Part shown: positions 16,806-25,613 of the stretch, piece by piece
How positions within the stretch are numbered: position 1 is the stretch's first letter
Layout: each line of letters begins with the position of its first letter
Origin: Patescibacteria group bacterium
GTDB taxonomy: Bacteria > Patescibacteriota > Minisyncoccia > Phycocordibacterales > Phycocordibacteraceae
Length of the DNA stretch: 54,917 nucleotides
Assembly (NCBI GenBank): GCA_038064695.1
Contig: JBBTSO010000002.1
Coordinates: forward strand, 38,252 to 93,168
Direction: 5' to 3'
Position numbers and translations under genes: made by a program
Notes under the pieces: generated by a model
Told to the model about the DNA's origin: nothing
The model's database searches: none
Seen by the model: only the letters and a program-made list of their open reading frames with translations

Positions 16806-19800
16806 TTAACGAGCTACATCAAACGCCTGCGCGAGGGCAATCTTAAACCCGGTGAATGGATTTGAGTACGTTGTTTCAAGCGCGCGTGACAAAATTTCAA
16901 TGTACGACGCCATAGTTTCTAGTGACACCATGTGTGATTTTTCAAGAAGCGCAACGTGCTCAGATGAGGTATTTGCTTTGCGAGCGCGGAAGAGTGCGTC
17001 CAAGAGCGACACCGTATCAGTGATAGTCTTTGTTGCTGATACTCCACTTCCTTCAAGGTCACGGACTAAGCTGAAAACCGCATCGCGATTTCCCGTAAGG
17101 AGTGCTGAAACGAGTAACTCATTTACAGAATCTGATACTGCATGAACGGTCGCAGGCGACAGTACCTCTTTGATGTGGGTAAACCCGCGTGCTGGTGCAG
17201 AAACAATCGTTGCGTTCTGCGCGGTAATAATTGCGTGAAGGCGATCACTTGAGAGCAACACCCACCCATCTTCGCGAGGAATAGTACGTACCGCTTCATT
17301 TAAGATATCTCCAAAGACACGAAGTGTTTGCGCGCGGTCGGTTGAAAGCGTAAGTACTGCCGCCCGTGCCTCAGGAGAAAGAAGTACTCCCGCCGCGTTT
17401 GCGCGTGATTCAACTACTTCTGCTAATTCTGGAATCCCATCAACGGCAACTGGCGCCGCAACTGGAACAGGTGCTGGTGGAGTCATCACTGAAGGCGAAA
17501 TTGCACGAGAAGGCGCGTGGGCAAGAGTTGATTGGTGAATCGCTAATGTCGCAACAGGTGCTGGATGAGCGTGCTCAGTTTCGTAGTGTTCAGCGTTGTC
17601 GTATGCTACGTACTCCTGATCCTCTTCGTGACGATCAGCACGCTGTGGAGCAAAGGTAAATACTTTTCCTGCAATAAACTGCATACTCTGTTTACCTAGA
17701 ACCACGTACGAGATTCCAATACTCCATACCACTACCGAGAGCCAGAAGAGCGCCGTCAAAAGTGGTCCTGCTTCAAAGCCAGTGTAGGGAACTTGAGCAA
17801 GCGAAACGTACGCGGCGAGTACCTGACCACCAGGCGCCTTCGTGAGAGAAACAGTTGGCTGGTTTAATCCCCCTCCACAGTTACCCTGACATCCTCCGCC
17901 TCCTTTTTCTACTTCAACAATAGCTGAACAGGTAGTTGTTCCGTATGGTCCTGTAAAGGTTCCCGTGTACGTCGTAGTGTCTGAAGGGTACAGATCATCG
18001 GTCGTTCCTCCTGAAACAGGAGTGGTCGTTCCCACGTGGGTGATGGTTCCGTTGGAAACGTTGGTAGAAGTCCACGATACAGTGATCGATTCCCCTGTCT
18101 TAATTTTTGAATGACTGACCGTGAGTGTACATTGTGGCGCAGGTGTCGTTGGTGTGTAGGTAATAGTTACTGAACATGTTTTTGTTTCTCCTCCAACGCC
18201 CGTAACGGTTCCCGTGTATGTGGTTGTCTGAGTTGGGTTTACGGTATGTGTTCCAACAAAATCATGGACAGGGCCATCGTAGAGCGTAACGCTGTTTAAG
18301 ACTGCCTTGATAATATTGTCCGCGGTGTACGAAATGATGACTGCCTCTCCGGGAGTAGTAATGGTCGTTTTATTAGCAGAGAGAGTACAGTTCGGCGCGT
18401 CAGGTGGTGGAATTTCAATAGTCTTAGTACAGGTGACTGTTTTGTTTGTTGGTCCCGTTCCCGTGAGTTTATACGTATGTGTTCCCACACCAAGCACAGG
18501 ATTAAATGTCTTTGAACCATCAACGGGCAAGTTAACTCCAACCGTCGGAGAAGAGGTGAGCGGAACGACGACGACGCTTGAAACGTTGGTTGTATTCCAC
18601 GTTAGTTTTTCCTTCGTGAGTGTCAACGTACAGATTGGATCACCTGGTGGTGGCGGTAATACCTGCTTGTTTTTAAAGACTACTGCCGCACAAACTGAAC
18701 CTGCGGGTACATTTACTACTCCTCCTGTAGGGGTTACTGAAACCAATTCCCATGCACTCCCTGGGTCAATTTCGGTCACGGTGTGATTTCCTGGTGTGAC
18801 ATTGGTAAATGTTGCATCACCATTTGCGTCGGTGGTAACGGTTTTCGTGCCGCCATCAAGCTTAAAGGTGAACTGCGCGACCGGAGTGAGAATATTACCC
18901 ACGGTATCGTACGTTTCTTTTTTCACTTTTATACATCCAGGTCCTGGTGGGGGCGGAACAATAACGGTCTTTTGACACTGAGCAGAACCCCCCGGACCAG
19001 TAGCGGTCAAAAGGTACGTGTGGGTTCCCACACCAAGTGGCGGAACAAAATTATGCGAACCTGATAGTGGGTACGTACTTCCTGAAGACGCGGTCACGCA
19101 GGTAAAATTGTAACGGAGGTGTGGGTCGTTGCCGGAAGCTGGTACGACGCTCCACGCTGAACCATTCCACAAAGCAATGGTGTTATTTCCAGGACTTGAG
19201 AAGGTATCGGTTTGAAATGTTCCGTTGACACTCCCCGGATACACGATAGAACAAAGGCGGTCCGCAGTTGCTTTATTTGCTTTGAAGCTTGCGTTCCCCA
19301 AAGTTACTCCACCGTAGGTAGTTGCATCAGTTTGAAACGTTGCCGCGTGGTTTGTTTTAAAGGTCCCAAAGTCGCCGCTAAATACCGTGACACCTCCTGC
19401 TGAACCACCCGTGGCACCGGGCACTTGTGGAGAATTGGTCAACGGAACAATGGTAACGGTGTTGGCGTTGTTTGATGTCCACGAAATAGCATCTTTAGTA
19501 AGATCCAATGTACAAATCGGAGGATTGGGCGGCGGAGTAACCGTAACGGTGGTAGAACAGGTTGCGGTCCCTGAGTACGTTCCTTTTACGGTAGCAGTAT
19601 AAGTGATAGTTGACCCTACCTGTACTGACTTCGTTCCTGAAGAAACGATACCGGTTAGATTTTGTGTCGCAAGGACCCCTTTATCTATAGAAATTGATGA
19701 GGCGTAGGTAGTATGCCAATTAAGCGTAACAGGCCCCGCTGAGGCAAGTGTGTTAGGAGTTGCCCATAGTGAACACGTAGGAGTAATAGACCCACCGCCA

Positions 19801-20033
19801 CCGCCGCCCTCGCCACCTCCTCCTCCCCAACCACCGCCACCGCCAATAAATCCAGGACCATCCACGTAATGAGTACACCCCACGCAGTCAACAAACGCCT
19901 CCGCTACATTCGCATTAGGTGTGACAACTGCAGATATCGTGTCAAAAGTAACCCACGCGCCGAAGAGCATCACTCCGAATAGAGCGATTGAGGTGAACGT
20001 TTTATTGACGGTGTTTAGGTTCATGGAATTCAT
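16806..20033 (-). CDS. large multi-domain surface adhesin with an internal sortase-type sorting signal and a C-terminal cytoplasmic domain
   Basis: 1075 aa. It has an N-terminal signal/anchor and a Gly tract (GGGGGWGGGGGEGGGGGG). At least 6 Ig-like modules are each bracketed by Cys (e.g. PICTL...C..T[IV]). One module is Cna-B/SpaA-like (CIKVKKETYD...TVTEID...FKNKQ). VPYTG (17778..17792) is followed by TM segment LLTALFWLSVVVWSIGISYVVLG, then K, then about 295 further aa. Confidence 0.7.
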   Translation of the reverse strand: MNSMNLNTVNKTFTSIALFGVMLFGAWVTFDTISAVVTPNANVAEAFVDCVGCTHYVDGPGFIGGGGGWGGGGGEGGGGGGSITPTCSLWATPNTLASAGPVTLNWHTTYASSISIDKGVLATQNLTGIVSSGTKSVQVGSTITYTATVKGTYSGTATCSTTVTVTPPPNPPICTLDLTKDAISWTSNNANTVTIVPLTNSPQVPGATGGSAGGVTVFSGDFGTFKTNHAATFQTDATTYGGVTLGNASFKANKATADRLCSIVYPGSVNGTFQTDTFSSPGNNTIALWNGSAWSVVPASGNDPHLRYNFTCVTASSGSTYPLSGSHNFVPPLGVGTHTYLLTATGPGGSAQCQKTVIVPPPPGPGCIKVKKETYDTVGNILTPVAQFTFKLDGGTKTVTTDANGDATFTNVTPGNHTVTEIDPGSAWELVSVTPTGGVVNVPAGSVCAAVVFKNKQVLPPPPGDPICTLTLTKEKLTWNTTNVSSVVVVPLTSSPTVGVNLPVDGSKTFNPVLGVGTHTYKLTGTGPTNKTVTCTKTIEIPPPDAPNCTLSANKTTITTPGEAVIISYTADNIIKAVLNSVTLYDGPVHDFVGTHTVNPTQTTTYTGTVTGVGGETKTCSVTITYTPTTPAPQCTLTVSHSKIKTGESITVSWTSTNVSNGTITHVGTTTPVSGGTTDDLYPSDTTTYTGTFTGPYGTTTCSAIVEVEKGGGGCQGNCGGGLNQPTVSLTKAPGGQVLAAYVSLAQVPYTGFEAGPLLTALFWLSVVVWSIGISYVVLGKQSMQFIAGKVFTFAPQRADRHEEDQEYVAYDNAEHYETEHAHPAPVATLAIHQSTLAHAPSRAISPSVMTPPAPVPVAAPVAVDGIPELAEVVESRANAAGVLLSPEARAAVLTLSTDRAQTLRVFGDILNEAVRTIPREDGWVLLSSDRLHAIITAQNATIVSAPARGFTHIKEVLSPATVHAVSDSVNELLVSALLTGNRDAVFSLVRDLEGSGVSATKTITDTVSLLDALFRARKANTSSEHVALLEKSHMVSLETMASYIEILSRALETTYSNPFTGFKIALAQAFDVAR

Positions 20034-20035
20034 AA

Positions 20036-20650
20036 TTATAGTAATGGTTCTCGGGTTTTGTAATCTGCGGTGACGACGTATCGCTCCCCGGGATCTCCGA
20101 AGGAGTTACACGTTGAGAGAATTAAAGTTTTTTCACCTGCTTCAAGTGGAATCAATGCATTATCCGCGTTAACTAGTGATACTGAGGTAACGGTGTATTC
20201 ATACACTGCGTTGTCTGAGAATACCTGAATGGTATCGCCAGACTCAAGTTTCTGAAGGTCGTTAAACGCCTTAAACGCTTTGTTTTTTACAACTGGAAGG
20301 TAACTTTGGTGCCCAAAGAGGAAAATAGGCGCGTCCTCTCCAAGTAGTGCGCTGCCTGGGTAGCGTACTGCGCCAGCGAGAAGCGCCGCATCCAACACTT
20401 CAAGTACTGCCGATGTAGGATTTTCAATAGTGGTGTCAACACCAATATCTTTAATGACGATCCGTGTCGGCGTTTCAATCACGACTTCTTGAGAAGTGCT
20501 CTTCGTTTCTTTCGTGTTTTTTTCAACGGATATTTTTGGTTCCGGTACAAAATCAATACCGTACAAAAAAACCGACGTTAAAAAGAACATAAGAAAAAAG
20601 ATTCCAAGGAATCTAAGGCTGGTGCGGGTGGTGTTGTGGTCACTGTTCAT
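20036..20650 (-). CDS. sortase-family transpeptidase
   Basis: N-terminal TM segment, catalytic His (IFLFGHQS), Cys (TLILSTCNS) and a downstream Arg (GERYVV). Its stop lies 2 nt before the adhesin start. ATG at 20650 preferred over the TTG at 20719. Confidence 0.8.
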   Translation of the reverse strand: MNSDHNTTRTSLRFLGIFFLMFFLTSVFLYGIDFVPEPKISVEKNTKETKSTSQEVVIETPTRIVIKDIGVDTTIENPTSAVLEVLDAALLAGAVRYPGSALLGEDAPIFLFGHQSYLPVVKNKAFKAFNDLQKLESGDTIQVFSDNAVYEYTVTSVSLVNADNALIPLEAGEKTLILSTCNSFGDPGERYVVTADYKTREPLL

Positions 20651-20744
20651 GAATGTTCGTTCGCTACAACGGGGAAAATAAAATTCACTTTCCGTATCTT
20701 CAGCGTGCGAAAACCTCAACGTGTATGCTCAGGTTTCAAAGAGT

Positions 20745-20773
20745 ATTCTATAGAATAAAAACCAATTTGTCAA
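20745..20773 (-). promoter_or_regulatory. promoter of the sortase-adhesin operon, TTGACA-17-TAGAAT
   Basis: Minus strand: TTGACA (20773..20768), 17 nt, TAGAAT (20750..20745). The -10 lies inside the 14-nt palindrome TATTCTATAGAATA (20744..20757). Confidence 0.5.
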
Positions 20774-20824
20774 GCCCCATGCTACCGTGAGGGTAAGATC
20801 ACAAAAATAGTCTTATGAAAATAC

Positions 20825-20853
20825 TTGACAAACGTATCATAGTGTGATATTTA
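20825..20853 (+). promoter_or_regulatory. promoter TTGACA-17-TATTTA, 8 nt upstream of the ATG at 20862
   Basis: Plus strand: TTGACA (20825..20830), 17 nt, TATTTA (20848..20853). Confidence 0.5.
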
Positions 20854-20861
20854 TGGACGAT

Positions 20862-21902
20862 ATGGAAAATAAATCAGGGAACAACATGTTTGACGTCGCT
20901 ACACGCGCACTCGCCATTGTTGGCTTTTTAGCAATTATTGGTATTGGTTTGTGGGGCACTGCTTCAGTTGCTCGTGGCGCCCCAGGAGTCTTTTCTGCAA
21001 TCGCCGCAGCTATCGTTTCTTTGACCTCTATCTTTGTTCCTGCTGACGAGGAAATTGTGCTTTCAGTTCCCTCTCTCACGGTGCTCTCAGGAGAATCATT
21101 CACCATTTCTTGGGAACACGCTAAGAAAAATACCGAGGGTTCTTACACCTTCCGATACGACTGTGCTGACGGTGTTTCATTCACTTCACCTTCTCAATCA
21201 GGCGCCGAAACGACCGTTTTCTGTAATATTCCCTTCAACTTCTTAAACAGCAAGGACTCAATTACCCTCACTCCCCTCTCAACAAAAAACCGCTTTATTG
21301 ATGTGACACTTCACGTTGACTTCACTCCAAACGGCGCAAACCAGCCAACCGTATCTGGTTCAACCTCCCTCACCATTGCAAATGAAAATATCGGCGGAAG
21401 CCCTGTGGTTACCGGTACCACTCCCACCACTCCCGTTAAAACACCCACTCCCACCAAAGGTCCTGAAACGTCTGGTGTGTATGAAATAGCGAATGGTCCC
21501 GTGGCTTCAAACCCCAACGGTCCTACCGACCTCGTTGCGCGCATTATTGAATTAGGCGTCGTTGATAAAACAACCGGTGCGTTCACCGCTTCTTCAACGC
21601 CGAACCGCTCAACTATCACTCATCGTGTTGCCGTACGTTTCGCCGTTGAAAATGTTGGTACGCGAACGTCGCCACAGTGGACCTTCAACGCCGTTTTGCC
21701 TACCTTTCCTTCCCACATCTTCAGTTCACCCATGCAGCAAGCACTTGGTCCCGGTGACCGTATTGAATTCACCATCGGCTTTGACAGTTTGGCTGATACC
21801 AATGAAGGAACCCTCGTTATTAACGTGGACCCTTCGAACCGTATAAACGAGGCAAACAAAATCAACAACATTTTGACCTACAAGGTAATCACGGTGAAGT
21901 AG
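20862..21902 (+). CDS. membrane-anchored surface protein with a C-terminal CARDB-like domain
   Basis: N-terminal TM segment (LAIVGFLAIIGIGLWG), a Thr/Pro linker (TGTTPTTPVKTPTPTKGP), and a CARDB-like end (PTDLVARII...VRFAVENVGTRTS...LGPGDRIEF...VDPSNRINEANKINN). The start is chosen 8 nt after the -10. Confidence 0.6.
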   Translation: MENKSGNNMFDVATRALAIVGFLAIIGIGLWGTASVARGAPGVFSAIAAAIVSLTSIFVPADEEIVLSVPSLTVLSGESFTISWEHAKKNTEGSYTFRYDCADGVSFTSPSQSGAETTVFCNIPFNFLNSKDSITLTPLSTKNRFIDVTLHVDFTPNGANQPTVSGSTSLTIANENIGGSPVVTGTTPTTPVKTPTPTKGPETSGVYEIANGPVASNPNGPTDLVARIIELGVVDKTTGAFTASSTPNRSTITHRVAVRFAVENVGTRTSPQWTFNAVLPTFPSHIFSSPMQQALGPGDRIEFTIGFDSLADTNEGTLVINVDPSNRINEANKINNILTYKVITVK

Positions 21903-21905
21903 CGT

Positions 21906-22070
21906 ATGGGTAGAGAAGCACCAGCAACCGATGAAACCACTGAGGTAACGACTGGACAAATCAATCAGATACCCGACTGGGTTGAGATTGTAGGAGGAGT
22001 AGCGGCAAGTTTAATATTCCTCGGTGCAGCCTACTACGCCATACGATACAAAGTTTGGCAGTGGTTTTAA
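21906..22070 (+). CDS. small C-terminally anchored membrane protein (54 aa), hypothetical
   Basis: Below the ORF-track cutoff. Translation: MGREAPATDETTEVTTGQINQIPDWVEIVGGVAASLIFLGAAYYAIRYKVWQWF. Starts 3 nt after the upstream stop. Confidence 0.4.
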   Translation: MGREAPATDETTEVTTGQINQIPDWVEIVGGVAASLIFLGAAYYAIRYKVWQWF

Positions 22071-22100
22071 AAACTGACGGGCGCGAGTTCCAAAAAGAAT

Positions 22101-22132
22101 AAAAAATCCCTGAGTCTCCTCAGGGATTTTTT
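22101..22132. terminator. bidirectional intrinsic terminator
   Basis: AAAAAATCCCTGAG-TCTC-CTCAGGGATTTTTT: a GC-containing core stem (ATCCCTGAG / CTCAGGGAT) extended by the complementary A-run and T-run, 14 bp in all. Confidence 0.8.
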
Positions 22133-22255
22133 GTTGCTGGTCGGTTCTTTTTATTTCTTTTCTTTTTTTGGTTTTTTCTTTTCTTTCTGTCTATCCATTC
22201 CTTTTGCCATGTAAAGTGTAGTTATAGTAACTAACGCACAACAAAATAAATGATA

Positions 22256-22681
22256 TCACATTCTTATTTCTTTCAGTAAAGCTCCCTGACCAGCAACCAA
22301 CTGGTTTCCTTCAGAAAGTGGCATCCAGTAAAAATGTAAGCGAGTCGGTTTTTGAGAACCATCGTGTTTTTCTTCACCATCCCAAGAGTCTGGGAGTGGC
22401 TCAGTGAGTTCTGCTTGAAAGAAATGGCGTGTGTGACGTTCATTTTTCATCGGATGCACGAAATCATTCACCACGCCTAAATATTTAGTAATTTTGAAAC
22501 CGCTCTTACCAGACTCTTCAACAAGCTCACGGAGTGCTGTAGCTTCTAAGTCCTCACCATCTTTCACTGTTCCCGCAGGAATTTGTATTCCCACTTCGGG
22601 AAAATCAGGATGCGTAAACACAAGAAGTTGATCGTCTTTCGCCACATATACCAGCACTTTATGTATGGAAGCCTCACTCAT
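22256..22681 (-). CDS. Nudix hydrolase (stand-alone)
   Basis: Canonical Nudix box GTVKDGEDLEATALRELVEESG. An extended -10 TGcTATAGT lies 6 nt upstream of the ATG. GC is lower than in neighbouring genes. Confidence 0.85.
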   Translation of the reverse strand: MSEASIHKVLVYVAKDDQLLVFTHPDFPEVGIQIPAGTVKDGEDLEATALRELVEESGKSGFKITKYLGVVNDFVHPMKNERHTRHFFQAELTEPLPDSWDGEEKHDGSQKPTRLHFYWMPLSEGNQLVAGQGALLKEIRM

Positions 22682-22774
22682 CTAAGCACTATAGCAAAGT
22701 CACCTGAGTTAATTCAGGTGATTGAGAGTGGTGGCTTAAGCAGTAACTGACCCGAATTTCCCCAATTGGAGAAA

Positions 22775-23401
22775 TCAAGTGTCTACATTAGCAAGTTTTT
22801 TCAACTTTGTTCCACAAGTAGTTGTTAAAACACTTGGGGTTCTTTCTAATAATTCTTCCATTCCCTGCTTTGTTTTTTTAGGAGAGTAAGGCAGATTATG
22901 TCTGTCTAAGATATCACTAAATTGACTCCTTTTTCCGCTCATGTACGCGTCAATCTGACTTCTGTCCTGCAAATCAATCGCGGATTTCGCAAAATCTGCA
23001 ATTATTTTTACTGTAATTTTTGCTCGCTCTTCTGTGGTAACCCAAAAATAATCGTTCTGTCTCCTTGCAAAATCTTCTATGAGAGCTGCGTTGTTATAAA
23101 AAAGATTTAGAAGTTTTAATTCATCTTGATCAAAATCACTTATAAAGAGTGGTGAGTAAGTCGCCCAACTATTTGTTGATAAAACGCCTGGTAAATCAGC
23201 AGTAGATCCTTCGGTAACCTTTTCTCTGATTTGTTCTAATCTTTCTTCAGCTGTCCGTATTTCTGTTAAAAGTACCCGGGCAGCTTGAATTTTTGTATTT
23301 TTCTTTTGTAAGGAATACACAACCCACGCTGCCAAACCAGTAACAATAGTTGCAACGCCAACAAAGAAATTTGAATTTAAAGCTAAAACAAAGAATTCCA
23401 T
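22775..23401 (-). CDS. hypothetical membrane-anchored coiled-coil protein (208 aa), AT-rich
   Basis: N-terminal TM segment (FFVGVATIVTGLAAWVVYSL) followed by helical sequence. Starts 3 nt after the gyrB stop. Hand-counted GC is 27-37% in 23041-23160, versus 60% in gyrB at 23941-24000. Confidence 0.55.
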   Translation of the reverse strand: MEFFVLALNSNFFVGVATIVTGLAAWVVYSLQKKNTKIQAARVLLTEIRTAEERLEQIREKVTEGSTADLPGVLSTNSWATYSPLFISDFDQDELKLLNLFYNNAALIEDFARRQNDYFWVTTEERAKITVKIIADFAKSAIDLQDRSQIDAYMSGKRSQFSDILDRHNLPYSPKKTKQGMEELLERTPSVLTTTCGTKLKKLANVDT

Positions 23402-23404
23402 AAA

Positions 23405-25498
23405 TTAAATATCCAAATTCGCGGTCTTGGCGTTACTTTGAATAAACGTTTTGCGTGCAGGGACGTCCGTTCCCATCAAAATATCAAACACACGATCAGC
23501 ATCTTGTGCGTCGGCAATGGATACCTGTTTCAACACACGTCGTTCAGGATCCATCGTTGTTTCCCACAATTCCTCAGGGTTCATTTCTCCAAGACCTTTG
23601 TATCGCTGAGTATTTATTTTTGCGGGCTTTTTTACTTTTGATTTCGCTTCCTCTTCTTCTGGTTCTTCTTCAGAATTTTCCTCTGCGGGAAGTTCATCGT
23701 CTTCTGCGGTGGCAAGCAGCGCTTCGCCACCAAAACCCTTCATGATTGTTGCTTTATCAGCGTCGGTGTACGCGTAGGCGATTTCTTTTCCTTTGGTGAT
23801 TTTATAGAGCGGCGGTTGCGCAATGTATAAAAACCCGCCTTCAATGACCGGCTTAAAGTAGCGATAAAACAGCGTCAAAAGAAGCGTACGAATGTGCGCG
23901 CCGTCAACGTCGGCGTCGGTAGCAATAATAATTTTATGGTAGCGGAGCTTGCTGACATCAAACAAATCGCCGATAGCGGTGCCGAGCGCAACCACGAGCG
24001 CGCGAATTTCGTTTGAAGCAAGCATACGATCTAAGCGTGCACGCTCTACGTTCAAAATTTTTCCACGAAGGGGCAAAATCGCTTGGGTACGACGATCTCT
24101 TCCCTGCTTGCTTGACCCACCTGCGGAATCTCCCTCCACAATAAAGAGTTCTGACTCTGACGCATCACGTGTCTGACAGTCTGCTAGTTTTCCTGGCAAC
24201 GTCATTCCCTCCAGTGCCCCTTTACGAAGTACTGAGTCTTTTGCTGCTTTTGCGGCCTTTCGTGCTTTGAGTGCCAACAAACTCTTTGAACAGATTGATT
24301 TTGCTTCTTCAGGATGCGTTTCAAGGAAGTCGGCAAAGGTTTCTGAAAAAATACTCTCTACCGCGCCACGCGCTTCAACCGACCCGAGTTTTGCTTTCGT
24401 CTGTCCTTCAAATTGGATTTCGGGCATCTTAACCGAAATCACCGCCGTGATGCCTTCCAATACGTCGTCTCCCGTAAAATTTTCCTCGGAGTCCTTCACG
24501 ATGCCGTTTTTACGGGCGTAGGTGTTAAGCGTTCTCGTCAATGCTGTTTTAAAACCGGTAACGTGCGTTCCCCCCTCAGGGTTATAAATGTTGTTTGCAA
24601 ACGCCGTTAAACGACCTGAAATATCGTCCACGTACTGGAGCGCAATTTCTACCGAAACACCATCCATTTCTTTCTCGGCATAAAAAATACTCTTGTGAAT
24701 TGGTTTTTGAAAACGGTTATTGAACGCGACGAGCGACTGCAACCCTTGTTCAAAATAAAATGTTTGTGACGGCACGTGGAGCGCGAGGTCGCGTACGTAA
24801 ATGGTGTCTTCCACGTCAACATTGCCTGTATACTCTCTCGCATCAATGACTCCAATTCTGGTTTTCTTTACTAAGTACGCTTGCTGGCGTAAGTGTGCCA
24901 CAATTCTATTCCATTCAAATTTGATTTCTTTAAATATCTCAATGTCGGGTTCAAAGGTGATGATAGATCCTTGAAAATCGGTGGAGCGAATTTTTTTTAC
25001 CTTAGCGGTCGGCTTTCCCCTTTTATACTCTTGTACATAAAATCCACCGTCTTTGTGAACTTCTGCTTTGGTGTGTATTGAAAGCGCGTTTACCACGGAC
25101 ACACCCACGCCGTGCAAACCACCTGACACTTTGTATCCGCTTCCGTCGCCACCAAATTTTCCGCCCGCGTGGAGCGTGGTCATGATAGTTTCAAGCGCTG
25201 ACACTTTCGTCTGTTTATGAATATCAACGGGAATACCGCGCCCGTTATCAACAACGCGTATGCGATTGCCTGGAAGAAGCGCCACTTCAATATCGTTTGC
25301 AAAGCCACCCATCGCTTCGTCGCGTGAGTTATCAAATACTTCCCAAATAAGGTGGTGGAGCCCGTCAGGACCCGTGGTCCCGATATACATACCGGGACGC
25401 TTCCGGACTGGATCCAGCCCTTCAAGCACCGTAATTTGGTCAGCTCCGTATGATGTTTTTTTAGATTTTGAGTCCTCTTGAGCGGGCTTTTTGGGCAT
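23405..25498 (-). CDS. gyrB: DNA gyrase subunit B
   Basis: 697 aa. Motifs GLHHLIWEVFDNSRDEA, LHGVG, EGDSAGGS, PLRGKILNVE and IATDADVDGAHI, with an acidic insertion near the C-terminus. An extended -10 TGcTATAAT (25526..25534) is followed by a 27-nt leader with AAGGGGAG. Confidence 0.95.
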   Translation of the reverse strand: MPKKPAQEDSKSKKTSYGADQITVLEGLDPVRKRPGMYIGTTGPDGLHHLIWEVFDNSRDEAMGGFANDIEVALLPGNRIRVVDNGRGIPVDIHKQTKVSALETIMTTLHAGGKFGGDGSGYKVSGGLHGVGVSVVNALSIHTKAEVHKDGGFYVQEYKRGKPTAKVKKIRSTDFQGSIITFEPDIEIFKEIKFEWNRIVAHLRQQAYLVKKTRIGVIDAREYTGNVDVEDTIYVRDLALHVPSQTFYFEQGLQSLVAFNNRFQKPIHKSIFYAEKEMDGVSVEIALQYVDDISGRLTAFANNIYNPEGGTHVTGFKTALTRTLNTYARKNGIVKDSEENFTGDDVLEGITAVISVKMPEIQFEGQTKAKLGSVEARGAVESIFSETFADFLETHPEEAKSICSKSLLALKARKAAKAAKDSVLRKGALEGMTLPGKLADCQTRDASESELFIVEGDSAGGSSKQGRDRRTQAILPLRGKILNVERARLDRMLASNEIRALVVALGTAIGDLFDVSKLRYHKIIIATDADVDGAHIRTLLLTLFYRYFKPVIEGGFLYIAQPPLYKITKGKEIAYAYTDADKATIMKGFGGEALLATAEDDELPAEENSEEEPEEEEAKSKVKKPAKINTQRYKGLGEMNPEELWETTMDPERRVLKQVSIADAQDADRVFDILMGTDVPARKTFIQSNAKTANLDI

Positions 25499-25613
25499 AA
25501 AAAATAGAGCCTCGTGGCTCCCCTTATTATAGCATATTTATCGTGTCAAAATATGCGGGAAAGGTTATAAAAACCTTGTATTACAAGGTAATATTGCATA
25601 CACTGAGAGAATT

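Noticed and set aside
19790-19850. The Gly-tract coding region (GGGGGWGGGGGEGGGGGG) as a slippage-prone, phase-variable simple repeat.
   Set aside because: The Gly codons are mixed (GGT/GGC/GGA/GGG) with no long homopolymer or perfect tandem unit, so slipped-strand phase variation is unlikely.
22151-22210. A 19-codon Lys-rich ORF (MAKGMDRQKEKKKPKKEKK) between the Nudix gene and the terminator.
   Set aside because: It arises from a polypurine tract, is very short and has no start context. It could be real but cannot be supported from sequence alone.
22703-22724. 8-bp hairpin TCACCTGA-GTTAAT-TCAGGTGA as a terminator after the 208-aa ORF.
   Set aside because: No U-tract follows on the minus strand. 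It may still be a protein-binding site near the Nudix promoter, but the evidence is thin.
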